A stretch of DNA of 18,013 nucleotides, from the NCBI GenBank assembly GCA_002269645.1, contig NIVC01003050.1:1-18013 (forward strand), read 5' to 3'. The position numbers and the translations under genes are program-made. Within the stretch, counting starts at the first letter, position 1. Each line of letters opens with the position of its first letter. The stretch comes from Macrostomum lignano (lineage: Eukaryota). Positions 1-11,155 of the stretch are shown here, in pieces. Below the pieces are notes generated by a model. The model made no database searches, was not told where the DNA came from, and saw only the letters and a list, made by a program, of their open reading frames with translations.

Positions 1-16
1 AGATAAGGCGATAAAG

Positions 17-35
17 GACAGACAGACAGACAGAC

Positions 36-70
<35 letters not shown>

Positions 71-114
71 GCAGACAGACAGACAGACAGACACAGACAG
101 ACAGACACACAGGC

Positions 115-151
<37 letters not shown>

Positions 152-152
152 T

Positions 153-189
<37 letters not shown>

Positions 190-211
190 ACAGACAGACA
201 GACAGACAGAC
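17..211. repeat. (GACA)n tetranucleotide microsatellite, in the intron downstream of the Ig2-Ig3 exon
   Basis: About 48 near-perfect GACA units with occasional CA/GCA/AA interruptions, read directly. Confidence 0.98.
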
Positions 212-222
212 TAGCTGCTCAC

Positions 223-938
223 TGTAGAACCGCAGGCCGATGGTGAGCAATGTCCGGTCATTGTGCCTGCACTCGTACTCGCCCGAATCGTTCCAGCCGT
301 CAACGCGCAGTCGCAGACTGCCGGAGTTGACGTTCAGGTAGGCGAATTTGCGATGCGCCTCGCCAGGATCGCCGACCTCCACCGGGGCGCCGTTCCGGCG
401 CCACTGATAGCCGCCGCCGTGGCTGGTGCTGCGGGCATAGCAGGGCAGCGCGAGTTGCAGGCCGCCGCCCTGAGCTCGTAGGCGGCCTCAGACCGGGTGG
501 CCTCCCTGCTGACAGCCTCCCCGATGACGGGTCGACTATGACGCGGACTTCACGCGACGCGACTCCGACACGTTCCAGTAGACCACGCGCCCGACGAGTC
601 GGTCAGGGTGATGTTGGCCCGGTAGCAGAACCGCGCGTCCTCCTCAGTCAGCGACATCACGTGCAGGTGGCCTTTCTCGGCATTGAAAGCGGCGAATTTC
701 GAGCCGACGCGGCCGCTGCCGGAGTCCAGGCGCTCCCGAGTGCCGGCGTCGCTGATGCACCGGTCGCCAATCTTCGGCTCCCTGAAGTACTCAACATTGA
801 AGTATTCGCTGATCCGGTGCAGGCTCGGTCCGTCAGCAGGCGGCACACCGCTGAGCCGTTCAGCGGCCCTGAGAAGCAGTTCAGCACGGCTTTCACGGTC
901 CTGAGGGTGCTCACTGCGGGAGATGGCGGTTGTTGTAA
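223..938 (-). CDS. Internal exon of an Ig-superfamily (Dscam-like) gene encoding Ig2 and Ig3; frame broken by apparent 1-bp deletions (assembly error or pseudogenisation)
   Basis: Acceptor ctacAG at 940-939; donor GTgagc at 222-221, phase 1. Restoring single bases gives ...[28 protein letters not shown]...[62 protein letters not shown]...[31 protein letters not shown]...[38 protein letters not shown]. The last domain has a canonical Ig C...W...DSGxYxC core that is open in one frame with no correction. Confidence 0.8.
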
Positions 939-980
939 CTGTAGATGTCATTCCTTTGTCTCAATGAGTTCACACGCCAC

Positions 981-1522
981 TGGATCAGTCCAGATGAGAC
1001 TGGATCAGTCTAGATGAGACTGGGATCAGTCTAGATGAGATTGGATCAGTATAGATGAGATTGGATCAGTCTAGATGAGATTGGATCAGTCTAGATGAGA
1101 TTGGATCAGTATAGATGAGATTGGATCAGTCTAGATGAGATTGGATCAGTCTAGATGAGATTGGATCAGTCTAGATGAGATTGGATCAGTCTAGATGAGA
1201 CTGGATCAGTCTAGATAAGATTGGATCAGTCTAGATGAGATTGGGTCAGTCTAGATGAGATTGCATCAGTCTAGATGAGATTGAATCAGTCTAGATGAGA
1301 TTGGATCAGTCTAGATGAGACTGGATCAGTCTAGATAAGATTGGATCAGTCTAGATGAGATTGGGTCAGTCTAGATGAGATTGCATCAGTCTAGATGAGA
1401 TTGGATCAGTCTAGATGAGACTGGATCAGTCTAAATGAGATTGGATCAGTCTAGATAAGACTGGATCAGTCTAAATGAGATTGGATCAGTCTAGATAAGA
1501 TTGGATCAGTCTAAATAAGATT
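981..1522. repeat. 20-bp minisatellite, consensus TGGATCAGTCTAGATGAGAT, about 27 copies, intronic
   Basis: The unit keeps the same column register across the 60-nt lines; point variants are visible. Confidence 0.98.
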
Positions 1523-2302
1523 AGATTTTGTGCTCTAAGGTTTGCGCTTGATTAGAATGGAATCGTAACTCCGCAATAGGAGGCGAGAAGCGAAGTGCAA
1601 ATCAATATTCTGCAAGGTGAAACGCATTTTACTTAACTCGCTTTGCCTGTAAATCTGGCCTAACCCACCCACTCTCCGTAAAAAGCTTTTTCTGCACAGC
1701 GCTGGTTTTTCCTACAACACGCACTTCGCGTACGTACACTTCGCATCAGTCAGTACTGTGTACACCAGGCTTATCCCACTCAGAAAAAAACATGAGAGGA
1801 GAGAAAGAGAGGGGGAGCGAGAAGGCGCCAGGCCAGAGACTTGCAAACTAGCCAGCCAGTTAGCTGACCCGAGAGAGCTCCACTGGCTACTGACCGTCCC
1901 CCAGATACAGTCAGGCAACTTCGTTTCCGCTCTGTGCATACATGATGTATAGATATAGAGAGTGGCCTGCATCTATAGGAACTGAGGGACTTGCTTAGAA
2001 GGCATCATTTCGTGTCACAGGGCTGCCTGGCGCCCACTCCCGCCTCCTTCCACCCTTCACCAGCCCACCAGTCCATGCAATTTAGGCCAATTTCTGGCCC
2101 TGCTGGCTGGGTGGGCGCGGGCGGACTTCGCAGCTCGGCGGCTTCGGCGCTCTCTTATTAAGGAAATTGAAGATACGGCGAGATTCGGTGCACTTGGGGT
2201 GTTGGACTGTGCAAAGCAAACCAGACTGCGTTGTTTTGGCAGAGTGCCAAGTAGCTGTTCCATTGAAGTTTCAACTTCTCAGAAATGCACACAGCGGACA
2301 CA

Positions 2303-5300
2303 GGAGAGGGAGAAATAGGAGGAGACAGGAGAGGGGGAGGCTGGAGAGAGGGAGGCTGGAGAGAGGGAGGCTGGAGAGAGGGAGGCTGGAGAGAGGGAGG
2401 CTGGAGAGAGGGAGGCTGGAGAGAGGGAGGCTGGAGAGAGGGAGGCTGGAGAGAGGGAGGCTGGAGAGAGGGAGGCTGGAGAGAGGGAGGCTGGAGAGAG
2501 GGAGGCTGGAGAGAGGGAGGCTGGAGAAGAGGGAGGCTGGAGAGAGGGAGGCTGGAGAGAGGGAGGCTGGAGAGAGGGAGGGCTGGAGAGAGGGAGGCTG
2601 GAGAGAGGGAGGCTGGAGAGAGGGAGGCTGGAGAGGGGGAGGCTGGAGAGAGGGAGGCTGGAGAGAGGGAGGCTGGAGAGAGGGAGGCTGGAGAGAGGGA
2701 GGCTGGAGAGAGGGAGGCTGGAGAGAGGGAGGCTGGAGAGGGGAGGCTGGAGAGAGGGAGGCTGGAGAGAGGGAGGCTGGAGAGAGGGGGAGGCTGGAGA
2801 GAGGGAGGCTGGAGAGAGGGAGGCTGGAGAGGGGGAGGCTGGAGAGAGGGAGGCTGGAGAGAGGGAGCTGGAGAGAGGGAGGCTGAGAGGAGGGAGGCTG
2901 GAAGAGGGGAGGTGGAGAGAGGGAGGCTGGAGAGAGGGAGGCTGGAGAGAGGAGGCTGGAGAGGGAAGAACAGGAGAGGGAGAGACAGGAGAGGGGAGAC
3001 AGAGAGGGAGAGACAGATAAGGGAGAGACAGGAGAGGGGGGAGACAGAGAGGGGGAGACAGAGAGAGAGGAGACAGGAGAGAGGAGATAGGAGAGGGAGA
3101 GACAGGAGAGGGAGAGGCTGGAGAGAGGGAGGCTGGAGAGAGGGAGGCTGGAGAGAGGGAGGCTGGAGAGAGGGAGGCTGGAGAGAGGGAGGCTGGAGAG
3201 AGGGAGGCTGGAGAGAGGGAGGCTGGAGAGAGGGAGGCTGGAGAGAGGGAGGCTGGAGAGAGGGAGGCTGGAGAGAGGGAGGCTGGAGAGAGAGGGAGGC
3301 TAAAGAGAAGGAGGCTGGAGAGAGGGAGGCTGGAGAGAGGGAGGCTGGAGAGAGGGAGGCTGGAGAGAGGGAGGCTGGAGAGAGGAGCTGGAGAGAGGGA
3401 GGCTGGAGAGAGGGAGGCTTGAGAGAGGGAGGCTGGAGAGAGGGAGGCTGGAGAGAGGGAGGCTGGAGAGAGGGAGGCTGGAGAGAGGGAGGCTGGAGAG
3501 AGGGAGCTGGAGAGAGGGAGGCTGAGAGAGAGGGAGGCTGGAGAGAGGGAGGCTGGAGAGAGGGAGGCTGGAGAGAGGGAGGCTGGAGAGGGAGAGACAG
3601 GAGAGGGAGAGACAGGAGAGGGGAGACAGAAGAGGGAGAGACAGAAGAGGGAGAGACAGGAGAGGGGAGACAGGAGAGGGGGAGACAGGAGAGAGGAGAC
3701 AGGAGAGAGGAGATAGGAGAGGGAGAGACAGGAGAGGGAGAGGCGGAGAGAGGGAGGCTGGAGAGAGGGAGGCTGGAGAGAGGGAGGCTGGAGAGAGGGA
3801 GGCTGGAGAGAGGGAGGCTGGAGAGAGGGAGGCTGGAGAGAGGGAGGCTGGAGAGAGGGAGGCTGGAGAGAGGGAGGCTGGAGAGAGGGAGGCTGGAGAG
3901 AGGGAGGCTGGAGAGAGGGAGGCTGGAGAGAGGGAGGCTGGAGAGAGGGAGGCTGGAGAGAGGGAAGGCTGGAGAGAGGAGGCTGAGAGAGGGAGGCTGG
4001 AGAAGAGGGAGGCTGGAGAGAGGAGGCTGGAGAGAGGGAGGCTGAGAGAGAGGGAGGCTGGAGAGAGGGAGGCTGGAGAGAGGGAGGCTGGAGAGAGGGA
4101 TAGGGAGAGGGAGAGACAGGAGAGGGAGAGGCTGGAGAGAGGGAGGCTGGAGAAGAGGGAGGCTGGAGAGAGGGAGGCTGGAGAGGGGAGGCTGGAGAGG
4201 GGAGGCTGGAGAGAGGGAGGCTGGAGAGAGGGAGGCTGGAGAGGGAGAGCTGGAGAGGGAGAGGCTGGAGAGAGGGAGGCTGGAGAGAGGGAGGCTGGAG
4301 AGAGGGAGGCTGGAGAGAGGGAGGCTGGAGAGAGGGAGGCTGGAGAGAGGGAGGCTGGAGAGAGGGAGGCTGGAGAGAGGGAGGCTGGAGAGAGGGAGGC
4401 TGGAGAGAGGGAGGCTGGAGAGAGGGAGGCTGGAGAGAGGGAGGCTGGAGAGAGGGAGGCTGGAGAGAGGGAGACAGGAGAGGGGAGGGGAGAGAGGGAG
4501 GCAGAGAGAGGGAGAGAGAGAGGAGAGAGGGAGGAGAGAGGGAGGGGAGAGAGGGAGGGGAGAGGAGAGACAGGAGAGAGGAGATACAGGAGAGGGAGAG
4601 ACAGGAGAGGAGAGACAGAGAGGAGAGACAGGAGAGAGGGAGACAGGAGAGAGGGAGGACTGGAGAGAGGAGGCTGGAGAGAGGGAGGCTGGAGAGAGGG
4701 AGGCTGGAGAGGGAGAGGCTGGAGAGAGGGAGGCTGGAGAGAGGGAGGCTGGAGAGAGGGAGGCTGGAGAGAGGGAGGCTGGAGAGAGGGAGGCTGGAGA
4801 GAGGGAGGCTGGAGAGAGGGAGGCTGGAGAGAGGGAGGCTGGAGAGAGGGAGGCTGGAGAGAGGGAGGCTGGAGAGAGGGAGGCTGGAGAGAGGGAGGCT
4901 GGAGAGAGGGAGGCTGGAGAGAGGGAGGCTGGAGAGAGGGAGGCTGGAGAGAGGGAGGCTGGAGAGAGGGAGGCTGGAGAGAGGGAGGCTGGAGAGAGGG
5001 AGGCTGGAGAGAGGGAGGCTGGAGAGAGGGAGGCTGGAGAGAGGGAGGCTGGAGAGAGGGAGGCTGGAGAGAGGGAGGCTGGAGAGAGGGAGGCTGGAGA
5101 GGGAGGCTGGAGAGAGGAGGCAGGAGAGGGGAGACAGAGAGAGGGAGAGACAGAGAGAGGGAGAGACAGGAGAGGGAGAGACAGGAGAGGGGAGACAGGA
5201 GAGAGGAGACAGGAGAGAGGGAGAGACAGGAGAGGGAGAGACAGGAGAGGGAGAGACAGGAGAGGGAGAGGAGAGGGAGAGGGAGGAGACAGGAGAGGGA

Positions 5301-5370
5301 GAGACAGGAGAGGGAGAGACAGGAGAGGGAGAGACAGGAGGGGAGAGAGAGAGACAGGAGGGGAGAGACA
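2303..5370. repeat. About 3.1-kb purine-rich array: blocks of the 15-mer GGAGGCTGGAGAGAG alternating with GGAGAGGGAGAGACA-type units, intronic
   Basis: Long perfect 15-bp runs (e.g. 4741-5100) interrupted by GACAG-containing blocks; the + strand has very few C or T. Confidence 0.98.
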
Positions 5371-5515
5371 TGATGAGAGATAAAAGAAGGGAGGCAGAGA
5401 AGCATAGAGGAAGTCGGGAGAATGTCAGGGAGGAGCAGGCAGATGCAGAGACAGACAGCTTCCCGTATCAGGTGAATCCATGCCAGCAGCTCCAATCCCA
5501 ATCCCAGTTCCTCAC

Positions 5516-5932
5516 TCTTCCTAGGCAGCATCATTCTGGATAGCAGCACGTTGTTGCTGCCGCTCCGCGCCTCGCAGTACAGCTTGTACTTTGGCAGGCC
5601 TTGGAACCGGTGCGGCGGGCTCAATACGAACTGGCCGTCGTTGCTGCCGGCCCGGAACACCAGCCGACCTCTGCCGGCGTCGTAGAACGGCAGCGTCGAT
5701 TCCGCCATCGGGCCGACATAGTCCGAGGCGTTGACCGACGCGACTGCCGAGTCTGTCGACCAGTCGATCTCTTCGAACCGCCAGCGCAGCTGCAGTCTGT
5801 GATCCTCCTGACGGCAGGTCAGGCTGGCTTCATCTGGCGAGCTCACCAAGAAACTGGCCGGCGGCTCGGCGTCGAAGGCGAAATCTGGGAGGCCGCCGTA
5901 GTCCATGAACATGCCTGAGGCTGCGGGCGCCA
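5516..5932 (-). CDS. Exon encoding the first Ig domain of the Dscam-like protein (417 nt, phase 1-1)
   Basis: Acceptor tctcacccgccAG at 5934-5933, donor GTgagg at 5515-5514, stop-free frame. PDFAFDAEPPASFLVSSPDEASLTC...LRWRF...GRLVF...YKLYCEARSGSNNVLLSR fits an I-set pattern and recalls Dscam Ig1 (PxFxxEP...C...W...GxLVF...YxCxAxNxxGxIxSR). Confidence 0.85.
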
Positions 5933-5994
5933 CTGGCGGGTGAGAGTTGAGGGTGGCGAGTTTGGTATTTGATTTGGCAACTGCTCTTAATGCT

Positions 5995-7375
5995 CCAGCT
6001 CCTTCCCTGCCTCTCTCCTTCTCCTCCCAGCTTCTCTCCCTCTCCTCCCAGTCTCTCTCTCTCTTCTCTCTGCTTCTCTCCCCCTGCTACTCTCCTCTCC
6101 TCCCTGCCTCTCTCCCTCTCCTCCCAGCCTCTCCCTCTCTTCTCTCTGCTTCTCTCCCTCTCCCCTGCTACTCTCCTCTCCTCCCTGCCTCTCCCTCTCC
6201 TCCCTGTCTTTCTCCCTCTCCTCCCTGCCTCTCCCTCTCCTCCTGCCTCTCTCCCTCTCCTCCCAGCCTCTCCCTCTCTTCTCTCTGCTTCTCTCCCTCT
6301 CCTCCCAGCCTCTCTCCCTCTCCTCCCAGCCTCTCACTCTCTTCTCTCTGCTTCTCTCCCTCTCCCCTGCTACTCTCCCTCTCCTCCCTTCCTCTCTCCC
6401 TCTCCTCCCAGCCTCTCACTCTCTTCTCTCTGCTTCTCTCCCTCTCCCCTGCTACTCTCCCTCTCCTCCCTTCTCTCTCCCTCTCCTCCCAGCTTCTCTC
6501 CCTCTCCTCCCAGTCTCTCCCTCTCTTCTCTCTGCTTCTCTCCCTCTCCCCCTGCTACTCTCCTCTCCTCCCTGCCTCTCTCCCTCTCCTCCCAGCCTCT
6601 CCCTCTCTTCTCTCTGCTACTCTCCCTCTCCTCCCAGCCTCTCTCCCTCTCCTCCCAGCCTCTCCCTCTCATCCCTGCATCTCTCTCTCTTCTCTCTGCT
6701 TCTCCCTCTCCTCCCTGCATCTCCATCTCCTCCCTGCCTCTCCCTCTCCTCCCTGCCTCTCTCCCTCTCCTCCCAGCCTCTCCCTCTCTTCTCTCTGCTT
6801 CTCTCCCTCTCCTCCAATCCTCTCCCTCTCCTCCCAGCCTCTCCCTCTCTTCTCTCTGCTTCTCTCCCTCTCCTCCCATCCTCTCCCTCTCCTCCCATCC
6901 TCTCCCTCTCCTCCCAGCCTCTCCCTCTCTTCTCTCTGCTTCTCTCCCTCTCCTCCCAGCCTCTCCCTCTCCTCCCTGCCTCTCCCTCTCATCCCTGCCT
7001 CTCCCTCTCCTCCCAGCCTCTCCCTCTCTTCTCTCTGCTTCTCTCCCTCTCCTTTCAGCCTCTCCATCTCATCCCTGCCTCTCCCTCTCCTCCCAGCCTC
7101 TCCCTCTCCTCCCTGCCTCTCTCCCTCTCCTCCCAGCCTCTCCCTCTCTTCTCTCTGCTTCTCTCCCTCTTCTCCCAGCCTCTCCCTCTCCTCCCTGCCT
7201 CTCCCTCTCATCCCTGCCTCTCCCTCTCATCCCTGCCTCTCTCCCTCTCCTCCCAGCCTCTCCCTCTCTTCTCTCTGCTTCTCTCCCTCTCCTCCCAGCC
7301 TCTCCCTCTCCTCCCTGCCTCTCCCTCTCATCCCTGCCTCTCTCCCTCTCCTCCCTGCCTCTGCCTCTCCGTCTC
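5995..7375. repeat. About 1.4-kb pyrimidine-rich composite array (CTCTCCCTCTCCTCCCAGC, CTCTCCCTCTCTTCTCTCTGCTT and CTCTCCCTCTCCTCCCTGC units), intronic
   Basis: Recurring 19-23-nt units built on CTCTCCCTCTC; the + strand is almost entirely C/T. Confidence 0.97.
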
Positions 7376-7814
7376 CCAGGTCTCCAGGAGAGTACACGAC
7401 TATTTATCTTGGCCGGCGCTCTCGCCGATGCCCGCCAATGCCGGAGTCACCCACTCTCTCTTGCCAGCCGCCCCAACCCCCCCCCCTCTATACTCTATTC
7501 AGTGCCCGCGTCGTGAATGAATAAAAAGCAGTTCTGTTTGCTTTCTCTTAATGCTCCGGTACCCCCCCCCTGCCCGTGAAAGTCAGCTAAGCTCTCTTAT
7601 AAGTTCGTAAGTTTCTATTCACTGCTACACAATAGTACAGTTAATTATGGCCAAAGTGATACTGCTAGGTCATTTTTGTTTGATAAAGGTACAACTATAA
7701 TCATAAAAGTAATAAAATTAACGGAAAATAGTAAAATGACTGCATTGAATTGTGGGTATTGGGGAAAAGAATAAATATAATAATAGTTGGAATAGGAAAC
7801 TGGAGCCTTCCTAC

Positions 7815-8225
<411 letters not shown>

Positions 8226-11155
8226 TAAAAGAAGTAATCTGGCATTTAAAGCTTGCAAATTAGTTTACTATCAAGACAGTCAAATCGCTAATCAAACAAA
8301 GCAATAATAAGGAAGAGCTCACAAGAGCAGATGCAGAGAAACGCTAGAAGAAGACACAGCAGATTGCCAGAAGCAGTAGATTGAAGCAAACAACGCCATC
8401 TTGCTGTTGTTGTTGCAGCTGGCGCCTCTTCTACCTGGCCGGTGTTGGCGATCGATTCCGCGGTCATGTCGAGCTGAGTCGATAAAAATCGCTTCGCATT
8501 GTCCGCTAGTGCAATTGCTGGGACTCGTTCTGATTATCCGAGTCGAACTAAAAGAATGAACAAATAAAAGTGCACAGACTTGAACGGCCTGAAATTTAAT
8601 TTTTTGTCCGCTGTTGGTGTAGTTCTGAGTCTCCTTGATAAAGCGGACTTAAGCCTTCTGTGCTACCTTCGCTTTCTTGTTTGTTTTTCTATTAGTAATC
8701 GATAATCTCTAAACTAAATAAAAATTAATTATAATAACAGAGTCAGTCGCACCACGCTCGCGGGCGTAACGGCTTGTGGTGATGAATTTATCCTTGGAAG
8801 TGTATATAGGCTGCAGCCACGCCTGGGCCCTATTCGGCCCTCTGCCCTGCCACCCACCCCCCTACGGGCCTGAAAACCCTGGGACTAAGCATTGGCTAAT
8901 TCCGGGACCAAGGGGAGGGGTGAAGCTCAGTGTACACAGGTTCAAGTGTACATTTGTACAGGGAAGGCCGCCTGTCCCCCCCCCCGCAATGCTCATCACA
9001 TAGCCCAGCCGACCCTCCCCGCTCTGCAATGCAATTTTAGCTTCCCTTCTATCCCAGCCGACCTCGTGCTCTCGCGAGGTTTTTTAGGGGAGAGAGAGAG
9101 AGGGGGAGGGTTTAATTGCCCTCAAAACCAGAAATTCGCCCTTCGCCACAGAGCCTCTCTACTCCCTTCGCTTTTCAAAACAAGCCTCCCCAACCCGCGA
9201 AAACCAAGGCCTTGATTCAAGCCAAACGTAATCCCTCTCCCCGCAACGTCCAACCCTCCACAGTACTGTCCGAGGCGGGGCGGTCTGGAGGACGGACTAA
9301 GCACTAGCAGAACCGGATCAATACGCCGCAACCCCAACAAAGCGCAGCAGGAGAGAGCTGGCAATCCGTGAATGGGAGAGGGTAGCTAGCGGCCACGGGG
9401 GGTGTTGGAAAAATCCCCTCCCCCCTCCTTACTGCACTCCAAAAAAGCCCGCCAGATACTTAGAGGGTCGCAAACTATTGTAACTAATATAGCACTTGTG
9501 CGCAATGTTGGACTGTAGCTTAACTGCTTAATCCTCTCTACTAATGTTGCAATAGTTGCTCAACTTCAGCAGAACAGTTTATTAAATACAATCCTCGAAT
9601 TCACAATTGTCTGCTGCTTCTTATTATTTCTTTCTTGAGGATCACAATTTGTACTTTCGCAAGCTGCTGGCCCCTGCCAGTTCTGAGCCTATAAAACCTG
9701 GATTGTAAACAAAAATCATGCCTCATTAGCTAGGCTTCTGAGACTCTAGCCCAATTTACAATCCTTAAGACTGCAGGCTATTATTGAATTGAAAGCAGTG
9801 GGGGTGGGATTTAGAGAATGGATTATTTATTGTGCTGTACTGAGTAACTCGTCAGTGCGGGACTTGTGACAGGGCGATGAATGAATGGCTTGGCCATGGT
9901 AAGGATTGCACCCAGTATCTGTGTGTACATTTTTATTGTGCACCCAGTGCAATTCATTATCTGGGGCTGAGAGGGAGCTATATATTGCCCCAAATTGTTT
10001 ACCTATAATTAGAGGTTTTGCAATGTACGAAAAATCAAAGCAAGATGGCTGTAAAAATGTGTTACGAGATTCAATTAAAAGTCCATCGGTCCAATTGACC
10101 TCTCTGAGTGAGACGGTGGCGCAGCCCGAACTGGCTGGCAATCAAGCTGCTGCACGCACCCCAATAATTGTTTAATTTAGATTAGCTAATTGAAACTTGC
10201 TATATTATAGATAAGAAGGCTTTGCGCCTGCGGAGCCAGAATTTTCCAAAGTTTCATATTTGTGCGCTGCGTGGTTGTTTTCAATAAAGATAAACCGACC
10301 CACTGCACCCTGAGAGCCCATCACTATGATAACTTTTGATCTATGAAGTTTTGCAGCTTCCGGTACTGAATCATGTGACCCGATGCCTGTTTATATCGAT
10401 TAATCGATGCTTCAAGCGATACGGTTATTTATAAACAATATTCCTATGCCACTACTTATAGTAAAAAATCTTGTTAATTTAATCAGTAGAACAGCAAACC
10501 AACATGTAAGACATCTACGCGGTTTAACTGCGATAATTTCAAGGCTAAATTTCTAATATTTTAAAGCAAACGAAGTCAATAATTTGATTAGGAGTCCCCG
10601 AAAGAAAGTCTGCTACTAGCTCGTAGAATACGAAGTATTAAAGTCATTGAAGTGCATTCAGAACTCAGAACTGTCTCAGACTTGCAACATTATTTATGGT
10701 TTAATGAAGCTTGGGTCAGCTGCAGCCTGAAAGTCTGCGTGAACTTTCTGTATGCCAGGCCATCTGAATTCATTTATTTCGCAGATAATTTAGAAATTCG
10801 GTATCATTTATGTGAGAGCTCGCGCCCAGGCGTCTACAAGAGGCCGCGGCTCTCTTTCAATGAGAGACAGTTTCAAACTGATTCTGTGAATTATGAGTTA
10901 TTATAACAGCAGAATATCGTGAGAACCTAATAACAATGTTACTAGTTTGCATGGTGCTTGCATGTAACTTGCCGATTACATGCGAGCTGTAGTTTTTTTT
11001 CGAAGTTGCTATAATTTTTTAGCATATACAAGTATTTACTGAGCAAGACTCTGCAGCCACCATAGCTCCATCGAGATGTTCAACTGCCCTCTTCTTTTTT
11101 GTTTTTTTTAACTTATCCTTGGCCAACCGGCTTTCTGTGGGAGAATAGATTTGGA

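Noticed and set aside
263-1017. Plus-strand ORFs 263-481, 538-1017 and 683-904
   Set aside because: Antisense shadows of a GC3-rich exon.
981-1522. Regular repeat arrays as possible CRISPR arrays
   Set aside because: Units are head-to-tail with no unique spacers, the context is eukaryotic and there are no cas genes; the same applies to the 14811 and 15943 arrays.
2167-5515. Very long ORFs (239-1030 aa) of SP/LQPPS/RGRLE repeats
   Set aside because: A 15-bp unit without stop codons keeps several frames open on both strands. They lie inside an intron; only 5516-5932 of the 877-aa ORF is a credible exon.
5947-7524. 515-525-aa Leu/Ser/Pro ORFs and opposite-strand Glu/Arg/Gly ORFs
   Set aside because: Translations of the CT-rich array with no domain signal.
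7370-7530. Plus-strand acceptor-like CCCAG after the CT array, then AATAAA at about 7519 (possible antisense terminal exon)
   Set aside because: Any AG after a pyrimidine array looks like an acceptor and AATAAA is common; there is no upstream exon or other support.
9061-9086. 6-bp hairpin ACCTCG/CGAGGT followed by a T run
   Set aside because: The stem is short enough to be expected by chance, and bacterial terminators are irrelevant here.
8700-10910. Short ORFs and GC-rich patches as possible transposon remnants
   Set aside because: No recognisable transposase or RT motifs, paired terminal repeats or target-site duplications were found by eye; a repeat-library search is needed.
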